Assembly (NCBI GenBank): GCA_000091205.1
Contig: AP006502.2
Origin: Cyanidioschyzon merolae
Taxonomy: Eukaryota
Length of the DNA: 64,000 nucleotides
Reading direction: 5' to 3' (one strand)
The position numbers and the translations under genes are program-made. The notes under the pieces are model-generated. The model was given only the letters and a program-made list of their open reading frames with translations, did no database searches and was not told where the DNA came from. Of the stretch, positions 1 through 11,279 are shown piece by piece (the stretch's first letter is position 1; each line of letters begins with the position of its first letter).

Positions 1-1
1 G

Positions 2-409
2 GACGAGAAACCGCCAACCAGGGCAGAGCTCGGTCGAGCGGGATGGACGCTTCTTCACTCGATAGCGGCAAACTATCCAGAGGTGGCCACACCAGAGATG
101 CAAACCCATGCTCGTCAATTCATTGCATCTTTTGCCGCGCTTTACCCGTGTCCGACCTGTCGAGAGCATTTCCAGGGATACGTGCGAACCCATCCACCTG
201 CATTAGAATCCCGAGAGCAATTCGTGAAATGGTGCTGTCGTGCACATAACGCGGTGAACCTGCGTCTGGGGAAACCCACCATTCCCTGTACAGATTTGCA
301 ACTACTCGACAAACGCTGGCGCGACTGCCACTGCGACGAGCAGGAGCCCCAGAACATGATCCGCGCTGCACGGCGCCTGATCGAAAGCCGCCGCCCAAAC
401 GCCGGTTAG
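2..409 (+). CDS. Erv1/ALR-family FAD-linked sulfhydryl oxidase, 5'-truncated by the window edge
   Basis: Frame 2 reads from position 2 without a stop: ...GRAGWTLLHSIAANYPEVATPEMQTHARQFIASFAALYPCPTCREHF...WCCRAHNAVNLRLGKP. This is the Erv1/ALR core (CxxC next to the FAD-binding HNxVNxxLGK motif). The listed M at position 83 is internal to the domain, so the gene starts left of the window. Confidence 0.7.
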   Translation, partial: DEKPPTRAELGRAGWTLLHSIAANYPEVATPEMQTHARQFIASFAALYPCPTCREHFQGYVRTHPPALESREQFVKWCCRAHNAVNLRLGKPTIPCTDLQLLDKRWRDCHCDEQEPQNMIRAARRLIESRRPNAG

Positions 410-840
410 CGCAAGTGGGTGAACATTTTGTTCGCTTCAGCCATTTTGTGCAAGTCTTGGCGCCGCTTCCAAGCAACACCCTGCTGCCGATGGATATCCA
501 CGAGCTCGGCTGCCAGCCGTGCCGCTGCTCCGCGCTCTCGTCGCTCGGAGCGAACGGCATCCCGGATGGCCCGCAGCGCCAATGCCGTCGCTCGATGTGG
601 CATAAGTGGACTTGGAACCTGTAGATTGCGACCGCTGAGCCGGTAGCGCGTCAGCTCAACGACTGGCTTTGCCTGCTCGATCGCCTCTTTCGCGTAACTT
701 GCCGGATCTGGCACCTGATACTCCCGTTTCAAAATCCAAAAAGCCTCATCGACGATGCGTTGCGCAGTGCTTTTCTTCCCGTCCCGCATGAGTATGTTCA
801 CCAGCTTGGACAACACAGAATCGGCTGTGTAAAGAGACAT
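406..840 (-). CDS. rps7: Ribosomal protein uS7 (bacterial/organellar type), nucleus-encoded
   Basis: The 144-aa ORF (...LVNILMRDGKKSTAQRIVDEAFWIL...AIEQAKPVVELTRYRLSGRNLQVPSPLMPHRATALALRAIRDA...) matches the uS7 pattern (MxxGKKxxAxxI... VEVxxRRVGGxxYQVP... LAxRW). It converges on the Erv1 gene, and their stop codons overlap. Confidence 0.7.
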   Translation of the reverse strand: MSLYTADSVLSKLVNILMRDGKKSTAQRIVDEAFWILKREYQVPDPASYAKEAIEQAKPVVELTRYRLSGRNLQVPSPLMPHRATALALRAIRDAVRSERRERGAAARLAAELVDIHRQQGVAWKRRQDLHKMAEANKMFTHLR

Positions 841-1838
841 AGCGGAAGCGTCAGTGCACCGACCGGGCAGGATCGTGCTCGAGGTATGCTCTAGACGGCG
901 CCCGAAAGCGCCCGCAGCCCCTCGAGTCGTACCTAGCTCGTTGACGGTCTAGGGCAACCGTACGTTGTTTGCGAGCCCGATTGTGTTGTTTTCGAGGCGA
1001 TAAACGTTTTCGTGTCTGTCCGGGGTTGCAAAGGTACTCGGAACGGTGGCGGGTACGCTATAGTGGTCGCTCCTTCCTCGACGGCGATAGCCTCGAACCT
1101 CGAAAACAGCCAGCTGACCAAAGAGCTGGGCAGCTTGAGAATCAGCAATGACCCGTCCAAGTAAACACACAACCTCGTCTTCTCCTAGTGTCTCGTCGCG
1201 GGCACAAAGCCCAGACTCGAACGCTTCCCAGTAACAACGACACGAGCCCGTCCAGAACGAGTGCAGCCATGGCGTCGCGCGAGCATGTCGCTCGGGCATT
1301 CGCCTCGCAACGCCGGTGTGCCCATTATCGAGTCGTGCGCTCTGCGTTCAGTACTACGCGGCGGCGGCGGCGGCAATGTACTGCGGATTCGAAACTCGCT
1401 GTTCGATGGCGACAGGTGTCTACCTGTTGATGCGTCTGTTCGAGTCGGTGCTCCCGAAAAGTGTCGGGAGCATGATGGAGGTCGCTCCTCTGCTTACCGA
1501 CAGGCATCTGGCATCCAGGCAGATTCTGGTACGACGCATCGACTTTCAGGCATAGAGACGCCGCAGTACCGCACTCGACACAGTCCTATCGAAGCACACA
1601 GAAAGCGCTCGAAGCGTCGATGCTCCAGCGACGAACTCGAAATGTCGGATGTTTACCATCTCGGGTGGTGGACTCGCATCCGGCGATTCGCGGGTTGCCC
1701 GCGGAGAGAGCCGGGGCACCAACTAAGCTTGTGCTATTTTATCCATGAAAATACATTTATTTACCTAGCCGCTCATCGACGCGTCATGGCGTTCGCGCAC
1801 AGCTCGCTAAGCGCAGCACGTGTGCATCGCTCACCAAC

Positions 1839-2756
1839 GTGCAACCTGGGCGTGTGTGCGCGTGTTTCACGCAAAGGTGTGCGGTGGACGCGAACCCTTC
1901 GATGTGTACAAGGGACACGGCAGCGTTCAGCCAAATGGTAACCTGTTTCGTGGCAGTTTCGGCTCCGGGGCGAGTACGCTCGACCAGCACGCCGCAGAAG
2001 TTGGTGTTAGCGCAGCGTCCGACTGCTCCGCGTCTGGGGGCGTTCGCTCTGCGCGCGAAGCGCCGGGGCCACTCCCGGTTGAGTCGACCAGTTTCGGCTG
2101 GAAGCGACCTACCGCGACGACCTTCACGTGTCGCCGAACAGATTCGACGAGATCTGGCGGAGATCTTTCTGCACGAGCTGGTCACGTTCAAGAAAGTCGG
2201 AAAGGAACTGGTTCCGCCGACGTTCAGAACCAAGGATATTTCAGTCCTAGAAGTGAGCGTCACATCAGACTTACGGACTGCCCAGGTCGAGATAAGCGTC
2301 CTCAGTGCAGAGCCAAGTCCCCGTTCCTGCGTCGAGTGGCTGATGCGAAATCGTTGGGAAATTCGACACGCACTGGCCCAACGGATGCGGCACCAGAAGT
2401 TCGTTCCTGAACTACGCTTCCGCGAGTCTCGCGTGCCACAAGTCATGCGCACGCTGCAGCTTATCGATCGGCTCGCTGCGGAACGCCGGGGTCGTGAATC
2501 AACAGCATCTGAAGACCCAGAAATAATGCAGGCCGCCGCAAGCCCAGCTAGTGACTTTGAAACCGACGATACGATTCGACCAGAGGAACTGTTTTTAAGC
2601 TTACCACCCGCTAAACCTGATGCTGAAGAAACCGACATATTGGGCGATGATGTTGCCAGCATCGGTAGTGACTTTGAAACGGACGATAGAATTCGACCAG
2701 AGGACCTGTTCGTACGCAACCTGCCCGCAGAAACTGATGGTGAAGAAACCGACTGA
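1839..2756 (+). CDS. rbfA: Ribosome-binding factor A (RbfA) with an N-terminal presequence and a duplicated acidic C-terminal tail
   Basis: The core RPSRVAEQIRRDLAEIFLHEL...ISVLEVSVTSDLRTAQVEISVLS...WEIRHALAQRMRHQKFVPELRFRESRV is RbfA-like. About 95 residues precede it and are basic and S/T/R-rich, suggesting a targeting peptide. Which M is the true start is not certain. Confidence 0.65.
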   Translation: MQPGRVCACFTQRCAVDANPSMCTRDTAAFSQMVTCFVAVSAPGRVRSTSTPQKLVLAQRPTAPRLGAFALRAKRRGHSRLSRPVSAGSDLPRRPSRVAEQIRRDLAEIFLHELVTFKKVGKELVPPTFRTKDISVLEVSVTSDLRTAQVEISVLSAEPSPRSCVEWLMRNRWEIRHALAQRMRHQKFVPELRFRESRVPQVMRTLQLIDRLAAERRGRESTASEDPEIMQAAASPASDFETDDTIRPEELFLSLPPAKPDAEETDILGDDVASIGSDFETDDRIRPEDLFVRNLPAETDGEETD

Positions 2757-2757
2757 T
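2548..2757 (+). repeat. In-frame tandem duplication of about 120 bp (two copies) in the RbfA 3' coding end
   Basis: The DNA unit agtgactttgaaac(c/g)gacgata(c/g)(g/a)attcgaccagagga(a/c)ctgtt... occurs twice in tandem. It encodes SDFETDD(T/R)IRPE(E/D)LF...E(E)TD twice. Confidence 0.8.
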
Positions 2758-3590
2758 CGGCTGATATCCTCATCACCTGCGTCGCGACGTTGCAGTCGAC
2801 ATAGACCGGAACGCAGCCCCTGGTCTAGTCGAAGTGTGCGCGCCTTCGAGTGAGCCGCGCACCGCTGCCTGCAGCTCAGACGCGTTTTGGATGCTTCTCT
2901 CGTCGAGCGATATTCAGCACCAGAGGATGCGACGGGTAGCATCATGTGCCTATATCCAAACGGTATTAAACGAGACACGCTTCCATAACGCTTTCGTCGA
3001 ATAAATAGGCAAAACTGCAGCGCTTGTGCGCTCCTAGCTGTTGAAGACGGGCGCGCTGGTGACCGAGCCCCCGAGCACGCCTTGCTGCAGCGCCTCGACA
3101 AGTCCACCAGATGATATTCGTCATCGAGAGGCGATGAACGACAATCCATGGCGAAATGATCTGCGGGAAATCGCAACGCGCTTGACAATATGCTAAGGGT
3201 TTCCAAAGTGCAAGCGTCCTGTGGGCGTTTAGGCGCTCGATCGATGGGCAATCAAGCAATCAAGCAACAAAAATGGCCACAAGTTCGACCTGGCGCCCAC
3301 GATCCAGCACCTACCCACGAGCTCGGCGTTGCGCACAGCGTATGAAAGCGCACACCATGATGTGCGCTTTCATTTGCATACACATGTTCGCAGCGAGGCA
3401 TGCAGCGCAACGACATGAGACCCAGAGGCCAACCCAAAGACATCTTCGAGAGAAGTACAGCGCAGGCGATTTTCAAGGATGTGATACGCTCCTGAATGCA
3501 TGCAATCGCGTCTGGATGACGTCTGAAAAGCTGCATCGAATGCATCTTGGATGCCATTGCACCAGAAGCGGCCTGCGATCAAGACGTGCT

Positions 3591-5693
3591 TCAACGGCTG
3601 CTTGCCGGCCTTCGAGGCCAAAGTCGCTGCAAATGAGCTGCAGTTGTTGCCACTGTGGGAACAATTTGCTCCGGTTGAATCCAATCAATGAAGGCCCGCA
3701 ACTCCGAATACGATGAATGTTCACTGTAGGGAAGTTTGTACAGGATACATGAGTGATTGCTTGGCAACACGAGTCGCTCCAGTAGGGAACACTTGTCTGC
3801 GGGACTGCCATCGAGACGCTGGCAACCTCGTGGTGGCCTCGATGCCTGACACCACCCGGTAGCCATGACGCCGATCACCTGTCGAAATCCGAGCGACTGG
3901 GCTCGCCTCATGAACCGCAGTAAACGCATCGGTTGAACGTCCGCCATCCGCACAAGATGAACACACGAAGCCTCCACCCGCTCTGTAAGGACGTCACTAA
4001 AGCGCCAACTATCCGTTGGCAATGATCGCACACAGTCGAGCAGGACTCGACGCTTGCGTTTCCAGGAGGGATCGATGTAGACATTGGTACCCAGGGCTTT
4101 TGCTAACGACGCCCAAACGCGCTCTTTCCCGATGAAATAGGTACCACAGAGAAACAGACTGGGTGCCCGCGCTGCGTCGCGTTGTGCTGTTTCGACGAGT
4201 GCCCGCAAGACCGCCTCCTGGGGCGGGAAATCATACCGCGGATCGCTGTACGTTGTATCGATATGCAGGTATGCGACTCGTTGCACGTGATCGCCTTCAG
4301 TAGCCGCAAATCTGCGTAGAACGGGATCTCTATTCATACAGATCGGGTTGTACCGCATATCACCACAGTGAATTATAGTTTGGCCGGTTTCGAATACCTG
4401 AAAGATCAATATAACTGCACCGGGACAGTGGTTCGCGTCACAAGCCAAGACGCGAGCAACAGGTTTCGCCCCAGGCGAACCGGGACGATCGACAATGGTA
4501 ATCCCATCGGGATCACCAACTGGTAAGCGCACCAGCACTGCGTCATCGAACTGGTACTCCACTTGGAGAATGCTCACTGTAATCGGACTCGCGTACAGCC
4601 GTCGATCACATCCAGGGCGAAAGTGCGTTCGACGCAGGCCTCCATAGTGATCAGCGTGATAGTGCGTGAGAAAGAAATGATAGTAGCCGTCATTGGCCCG
4701 AATCGGGACCCGAAACGAGTCAACCACACATCCGGGTAGGCCGGCGACATGCTTGCTTGGGTGATGGCGGCTTCGAGTTCCATGCATGTTTGAAAGCTGC
4801 CGTGGGTCTGGAGTCTTTCCCGAGCCCGTCTCTATATTCACACTCCGTCTCAATGTCTTGCCAGACTCAAGGTGAGCTTCATCTGCATGGCTGCCGTCAG
4901 CGAGCCGCAGTGCCAGTGATTCCAAAGGTCGTCCTCCCGTTTCTCCGGATGTGTCCGAGATCGGAACGACGGTCGAGGCCACCATACGGCGACTGACGAG
5001 CGTTCGGGCAACAGGTTCCGCGACTCGTCGTTGAATGCCCCACTCGAAGAGCGTCTGTTGACGAGCGCTGGACGCTTCGTGGCGCACGTTTCCGGCGCTC
5101 GAGTTTTTACGCTTCTGTCCAACGCTAGGCTTTGCCTGTCTTGGAACGCGCTCTGTTCGCTGTTCAGGAGCAGGTGCCGCTGCACTGGTCCGTGAGAGCC
5201 TCTCCATAGCGTGGCTTCCAGTTTCGAGCAAGGCGGAGCCTCTCACAGGATCGTTCGTCAAACTATGACCCACGGTATCAGCGTTCTTCTGGTTATCTAA
5301 TTGTCGCGGTTTGGGACGCGCGGATAGCGCTTTTGCAACTTGCTTCTCGCTGATGTCGATCGAGCCGGCAACCGGCTTCGAGGTCACCGCTCGCTCTTCG
5401 AGAGTCCTGGATATCACCGTCTCCGGTCTGAGACTGGTTGCCAAACCCCCGCTGGTATACTGTTGTGCACTGCGCTCGACTGCTAATGTAAGGCAGCGGC
5501 GCGCTCCAAGTGCCGTTACACCAAGCGCTTGCAGTGCTTCATCGAGGCAGTTTTCCCGCCAAAGTTCGATGAGCGCTGCAAGTCGTACGCCATCGCCCTG
5601 CGAGAAGAGCGGTAAATATACCGATGCCTCGAGACCGGCATCCGCTAACCACTGCGCAGAGAGCTCTTCATCCATCAAGTCTTCGTCATCCAC
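3591..5693 (-). CDS. SNM1/PSO2/Artemis-family DNA cross-link repair nuclease (metallo-beta-lactamase plus DRMBL)
   Basis: The 700-aa ORF contains HFFLTHYHADHYGGL (MBL motif HxHxDH) followed by a DRMBL-like region (...TYFIGKERVWASLAKALGTNVYID...). Confidence 0.75.
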   Translation of the reverse strand: MDDEDLMDEELSAQWLADAGLEASVYLPLFSQGDGVRLAALIELWRENCLDEALQALGVTALGARRCLTLAVERSAQQYTSGGLATSLRPETVISRTLEERAVTSKPVAGSIDISEKQVAKALSARPKPRQLDNQKNADTVGHSLTNDPVRGSALLETGSHAMERLSRTSAAAPAPEQRTERVPRQAKPSVGQKRKNSSAGNVRHEASSARQQTLFEWGIQRRVAEPVARTLVSRRMVASTVVPISDTSGETGGRPLESLALRLADGSHADEAHLESGKTLRRSVNIETGSGKTPDPRQLSNMHGTRSRHHPSKHVAGLPGCVVDSFRVPIRANDGYYHFFLTHYHADHYGGLRRTHFRPGCDRRLYASPITVSILQVEYQFDDAVLVRLPVGDPDGITIVDRPGSPGAKPVARVLACDANHCPGAVILIFQVFETGQTIIHCGDMRYNPICMNRDPVLRRFAATEGDHVQRVAYLHIDTTYSDPRYDFPPQEAVLRALVETAQRDAARAPSLFLCGTYFIGKERVWASLAKALGTNVYIDPSWKRKRRVLLDCVRSLPTDSWRFSDVLTERVEASCVHLVRMADVQPMRLLRFMRRAQSLGFRQVIGVMATGWCQASRPPRGCQRLDGSPADKCSLLERLVLPSNHSCILYKLPYSEHSSYSELRAFIDWIQPEQIVPTVATTAAHLQRLWPRRPASSR

Positions 5694-6449
5694 AGTGTCT
5701 TCGTAGCAGCTGAAGCGAAGCCAACGCGCGGCAACGTTCCGCTAAGAACGCGAAGCGCACCAGCGAGCGAACAGCCGCTTCGGGCTGCGCTTGGCTGCCT
5801 GAATCCCGCCTGCGTTCCTGTACTCGTGATTGTCCGAGAGATATCCGTTTCAGCATGAAACAGAACGGCTCCGCTTAGCGAACACGGCTATGTACGCCAC
5901 ATCGTGGGCCCTTTCTCATTGTAAGCAGCATCAGCCTTTGCGGGCTTGTTCTGTGACCGCTTGCTTTTCTTCTCGAATGAATCCGGCTATCTATATGCAG
6001 TGTTCGCCTTTCCCTCTATCCCGGTTATCAGCAGTCGAGGGATGTTGATGGCAGCGTGTAACTTCCGATGCCAAAGTTCCTGTCTGTCGTCGATACATTT
6101 CATGCACAGACGGGAGTTGCGATTGACGGTTCGCTTGCCAGGTGCACCCTGTTTGGGTCGGACGTTGGTGGACCTGTTGCAGCGGTGACACTCGAGTGTG
6201 GTCAGATGTTCCAGTACGAGTCCGCTGCATCTCGTCCTGCTCGGGGCGCTTCTCTGTCGCGCGTGAGGGCTCGCATCATCGCTCCGTATAAACCGTTCAG
6301 GGGTACAGGGAGTTTGCCTCGCTCCCGCATTTCATTACCGCACCCAGTGGCGTACCCTATGATCACCAGGTTTCTTTCGGCATTTCCTGTCGGCGAGTAC
6401 TGCATCTGCTGGGCACGGACGTGCACGCTGTACCATGCGAAAGGGGATT

Positions 6450-7050
6450 TGCGGAACGCGTGCCAGCCCATGATGAAACCAATACCGGAAGGAAAATCCG
6501 TGATGGTGAACAAGTCGGAAAGGTCGGTGCTTCTACGCTTCCCTCGCACACAGCGGTAGCATACGCTCTGCTGGAAGCGATCGCTGCAGTGGTTGCAGTC
6601 CGACTCCAACACCCTCTTCCATGCAATCAGAAGAGACAGGGGCATCTGCGAGTATATCCAGTGATCGGCGTCATACTGTCATCGAAAGCACTTTCGTCGA
6701 CAGTCACGAATAGAATGGGGTATGTCTTTTCTACGGAATGGACCATTCGGCATGACGCGTTCCTTGAATTTGCGGTTTGAGCTTGAGAAGACATCGTCCA
6801 GGAACAAGGGCGAATATTTCTCCTCATTGATGCATCCGCGCGCCTTGCTGCGACCTCGATTTGCCTTGAAACGAAAAGATCGACAACTTGAAGAATGCGT
6901 GATTTGGACACGCTACACCTAACCAGAAGGAGAATATTGGAGGCTTCTTCGTATGCATCCGCGAATGATAAGGGTTATTTAGTGTGCACGTGTTCGAGAG
7001 CTTCGCGTATTATCTTGATTCCGGTGCGAAAACAAATTCCAGCGGCAAAA
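6450..7050 (+). repeat. Dispersed repeat family R, copy 1 (boundaries approximate)
   Basis: Shares blocks with the copies at 11.3, 48.3 and 58.6 kb. One block is ...tcatactgtcatcgaaagcactttcgtcgacagtcacgaatagaatgg..., similar to 59566-59612. Another is gccttgaaa(c/t)(g/a)aa(a/g)agatcga ... cgtatgcatccgc. No strand or frame is conserved as an ORF between copies. Confidence 0.55.
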
Positions 7051-8524
7051 CGTCGAAGGGCCCGCTTCGAGTAGGCGACTGAGAATCCTCGAACGACGTG
7101 TGGAAACCCAATGCCTTATTGCTGCACATGGAATGCCCACGTCGCACATCGGAAAAAAAGTTCAGAAAAAAGCACAAGGCAGGAATGGCACAAGCAGCTT
7201 AGTGTTCCATTTTTTATCCCATACGTGTGCAGACAGATCCACAACTGGTGTTTCGGTGGCTGCTTCGGTACTTTGAACGAACGAAGCGGTGAAACCGACC
7301 TGCTGCAGACCACCTAGATGCATACGGAGAACGCTCCGGAGGCACGAAAGCATCGCATATGTATATGTATATAGTGCATCAACGAGTCAGGCGTGGTCAT
7401 TGCGTAAACTTGGTTGCATGGATTCCTCGTTGCTGGATGCGCTTCCCGGACGGGTCCGCACAGCGCGTTGCATCTGTACTTGCATAGGGTCGCGTTGCGT
7501 CCTGGCGACCGTGTGGTGCTTGTAGTTGCAGCTTGCTACCGGTTCCGCAATAGGTCTGCAACACCTGGAAAGCCCATATCGCTAACCTGAGGGTCTGGAA
7601 GGTGTAACCGTTGTCCACCAAGCTCCGTTGCTCCGTCTGCCAGCATCAGCTTCACGGAACCGGTGAGAATTCGAAGAAAATGAGACTTGATTTCCGACGC
7701 TTTCATGCTCTCCCTTATAAGGAACTCTTGTAGCGAGGAGCGCTTTCGAACCACTGGTCCGAGAATCGCACGAGTTGCGAAAGTGTTCATCATTAAGAGA
7801 AACAAACTGCAGCGTCGTCGCGAAAACGAGCTGCATATCGGAAGAAATGCCATGATAGGATTGACCAAGGATTGTTGCTAGCTGGACGCCGGGAAGACGG
7901 TACGGGCGAGTGGAAATTCTTCTCCTCGAACAAAACGATGCGCACCTTCGAGTTCGTTCATTTTGAGACTTGTGCCCTGCATCCCAGGACTGTTCCTGCG
8001 AACACATTAGGTCAGTGATGGATGTTTAATAGCGCCAGTGGATATTCTGACCGCGCATGGAAACAAGTATGTATAGAATGCTGCGAGTAATCACCTGTGC
8101 GTCAAGGAAAATAATGATGGTGCCGTGATTTCTCGTGTTCGAATCATCATCATCAGCAGCAGCAGTAGCAGCAGCACTACTTATAGATGCACGCTCATGA
8201 ACGATTACCTGAGCATCATGGAAAACAGCATTGGTCCACGTTGCCCTGCATTGGAAGCATCATCAGTCGATGCGCTGCGAATAGACGCACGATCACCAGC
8301 AGCGTAATCAAAGCAGGCTGCTCCATCACCGAAAAGAAAGTGCGCTCGCTTCAGCGGTCGCGAGGCGAATCGCAGCTGCGTGACGATATCCGCGTTGCCC
8401 GACTTGCTAACCATTATGGATTTGAACATTTGCACCTCACACTGCAGAAACGCTCGGCGCTCCATTTGAACCTTTTTTGGCAACGAGATAATCGCCATGG
8501 AGTGCGAGCTTCTGTCGACCTAGT

Positions 8525-10885
8525 TCATGGTGAAGCGCCTGCAATCTGTGCGAGATTCGCATGACAGTCACGCTCAGAAGGGAGTGCATCACGCTCAGAG
8601 GCAGCTGTTGCTACCTTTGACGTCAACGCATCAATCTGCCGAAACTGCCACGGCCAGCGAATATTATATAGAAAAGGCCGCAGGTCAAAGCGATTGTCTT
8701 CGGGGCTGTAATTCTCACAGTGTACACTTGGCGTAAGCACCGTCATCTTATGGCGATTCACTGAATACATTCGAAAGAAGAACTTCACCTTCTCCGCAAC
8801 TTGCGACGGCGATAAATGCGCCTTCCACAAACGACTTAGCCTTTCGTACATGGAGACGGGTCCACAGCGCCCAATTTTCCGCAAACGCCCGTATACGGTG
8901 AGTTCCGCATAGGTCATGCCCATATCGGCCTCATCCGTCTGGACATATTCGCCAGTGATGGGTTCGAGTTCGGCGGTTGGCGGCGCCTCCACGACCTGCT
9001 GGAGGGTCTCGAAACCCAGCTCGTGCACCGCCCAGAGGAGGAAACGACGTAGGTCGTGCTTGGAGATGCCTCCAATAGGATTGATATCCGCAGAACTGGC
9101 ATCGTACTTGGTGAGATATCCACGCAGGGCCTCGTCGACGTTGGCGGATCCGAGCACCAGCAGCGTTCGCTGGCCATGGCCGCGAGCCCACGGCAGCAGC
9201 TGAGCAAAGAGATAGCTTAGCACCATTCGTATCCGCGCCTGAATATTCTGGAGTGCAGCATTTTCTACCGCGCTCCCGCCTTGGACTCGAAAACGCGGTC
9301 TCTCACCCGCAACCAGCGTAAAGACGCTGAGCACTGCAGCAACGACCGCATCGATCGGCAAATCCAGATGATATGCTCCAATTTCTTTCGCCAGTTGAGC
9401 TGCGCGTTCCCGTGTGGCTCGGCTCGAGTTCTCGCTCCGCATGTAAGCTGTATGGAGAATTCGAGACGCAAACTCATGAGCGTCCCGAGGAATGTACGCA
9501 TCTGCTGCGTTCTCCGTCAATTCAGCATCCGTACCTAATCCGAGAATGCGACGCGCCTCCCTGATGACGTGATCATTCCGCTGTTGGGCCTCGACTGCTA
9601 CCAGGCGACACATGGACGCCACAATCGTTGCCGTCGCTGAGCTATCTGCACCGCCACTCAACGGGAGAAAGAAACCGCTCGCGCCACTTCTCCGCAAATA
9701 GTCCCAAAGCCAACACGCCGGTCCATACGCGATCTCCTCCTCGGCAGAGAGCAACCGTACCGGCACTGGTTGACTCGGCATGTACTGCAGCTGCTCACCG
9801 TCAGAGAGAACAAGCCGGAACGACCTCTCCGATGGGTCAACAGAAGCCGGAACAGCTCGTTGCGAAGCGTCGCCAATGAATGCTGGACTGAATGCGCATC
9901 CCGTTGGCATCCCATCGATCCGTCCAGCGATATCCTCATGCCGCAACGATACGCTACGGCCTGCAGCATCGATGCGCGGCACGGGCGCCGTCGACGCTGC
10001 CTGAACGCCACGGCTGGCGATCGCGATGCGGTACGCAGTGATCTCGTCGAGATCGATGGTTGCGGTAATCACTTCAACTTCATCAGCGATTGAGAACTGT
10101 GACGCTTGGGCAACAATCTCACCGTTGATACATATAAGTGCACATCCATCGTAGTAGAGCCGTCCACCATCGCAACCCTGCTGGTTGGCGTAGAGGTAGG
10201 CACCGCCGCCTTTAGCCGTTGCACTTCGCAACAGATCGATACGTTGGTTTAGTTTCCGCAGGTTGTGATGCGACCCACTCCCATTACCGATGATATCACA
10301 GCCATTGAGGCTGTAGCGTATATGAGGAGCGTCCGGGGTGAAGAGCTCTTCACAGGTCTCGCTGGCGACAACCACGCCGCCGATATCGAGCAACGCTTCG
10401 CCGAAGAGCGTTTCCGCTTGCGCACCAGCTGCGACTTGACGAACACAGTCTGGGAGCGGGTACTTTTCAAGTGCTCGTCTACCATTGGCCGGCCATGCTG
10501 TAAACCAGCGAGACTCTCGATAGTTCCCGTCGTCTGCTAGAGCGAGCTTGGGTCGAATCAGAAGGATCCTGCGGTTCAGGAGCAGCACACGACAGTTGTA
10601 GGCTACGTGTCGGTGGAGAACAGGTGCACCCAGGTCGACCAGGATGTCATCTGTGTAGCCTCTCGCGATGATCTCCGCAATAACCTCCCAGCTATGGACG
10701 AAAGTGTCCGGCTCCAGAAAGTGATCCTCGCACCCGTAGCCACTGACTTCTAGTTCTGGACCGAGACGGTAGCGTGCTCCAGCCTCTCTGGCCCGAGCAA
10801 TCGAGCAGCATATTCGCTCCAGGTTACCAGCAAAATCCAGTGACCACTGGTTCAGGTTACAAGTCGCCACCCGAACAAGTCGCAT
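8525..10885 (-). CDS. Glutamine-dependent NAD+ synthetase (N-terminal nitrilase/CN-hydrolase domain plus C-terminal NAD synthase domain)
   Basis: The 786-aa ORF starts MRLVRVATCNLNQWSLDFAGNLERI (CN-hydrolase). The P-loop SGGADSS is later in the same ORF, and WPWQFRQIDAL lies near the C-terminus. This is the typical eukaryotic Qns1/NADSYN1 architecture. Confidence 0.85.
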   Translation of the reverse strand: MRLVRVATCNLNQWSLDFAGNLERICCSIARAREAGARYRLGPELEVSGYGCEDHFLEPDTFVHSWEVIAEIIARGYTDDILVDLGAPVLHRHVAYNCRVLLLNRRILLIRPKLALADDGNYRESRWFTAWPANGRRALEKYPLPDCVRQVAAGAQAETLFGEALLDIGGVVVASETCEELFTPDAPHIRYSLNGCDIIGNGSGSHHNLRKLNQRIDLLRSATAKGGGAYLYANQQGCDGGRLYYDGCALICINGEIVAQASQFSIADEVEVITATIDLDEITAYRIAIASRGVQAASTAPVPRIDAAGRSVSLRHEDIAGRIDGMPTGCAFSPAFIGDASQRAVPASVDPSERSFRLVLSDGEQLQYMPSQPVPVRLLSAEEEIAYGPACWLWDYLRRSGASGFFLPLSGGADSSATATIVASMCRLVAVEAQQRNDHVIREARRILGLGTDAELTENAADAYIPRDAHEFASRILHTAYMRSENSSRATRERAAQLAKEIGAYHLDLPIDAVVAAVLSVFTLVAGERPRFRVQGGSAVENAALQNIQARIRMVLSYLFAQLLPWARGHGQRTLLVLGSANVDEALRGYLTKYDASSADINPIGGISKHDLRRFLLWAVHELGFETLQQVVEAPPTAELEPITGEYVQTDEADMGMTYAELTVYGRLRKIGRCGPVSMYERLSRLWKAHLSPSQVAEKVKFFFRMYSVNRHKMTVLTPSVHCENYSPEDNRFDLRPFLYNIRWPWQFRQIDALTSKVATAASERDALPSERDCHANLAQIAGASP

Positions 10886-11279
10886 CTTCCGTGCAGCGCT
10901 CGCTCTGGAGCACCGGACGTCCAGTAGCGAGGGTCGTCGCCTTGAACTGCACGCCGTTCCGTTCCTCTGCCGGACGGGCGAGCGTCACCGAGCACACCAG
11001 AGCAGACCTAGAATGCTGGACTACACGAATAGAACAAGAGATTCCTGGCGATATCGTCGGTTTGCAGCACAACAGCAGTATTGGCAACTGCGCAGCAAGT
11101 CAGTATGGTGTACGCGCACGAAAACGAGCGAGCGTCCCCGGGAACGTAAACTTGTCGTCCATCACCAGGGTAGAGACGAGCTGTGTTTACTTGGTATATG
11201 TTTATGTGACGCCGTCAATCATGTCCATAAAATGCTTATCTGGGGCGTAGCTTCGGGTCTGTATGTCTAGAGGCATGCG

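Noticed and set aside
1784-2776. 330-aa minus-strand ORF antisense to the RbfA gene; similar long antisense ORFs at 2601-3251, 13373-14149, 24349-24984, 8916-9203 and elsewhere.
   Set aside because: They have no recognisable domains and are low-complexity and Arg/Ser/Ala-rich, which is typical of stop-codon-poor antisense frames in GC-rich DNA. The sense-strand genes have clear homology.
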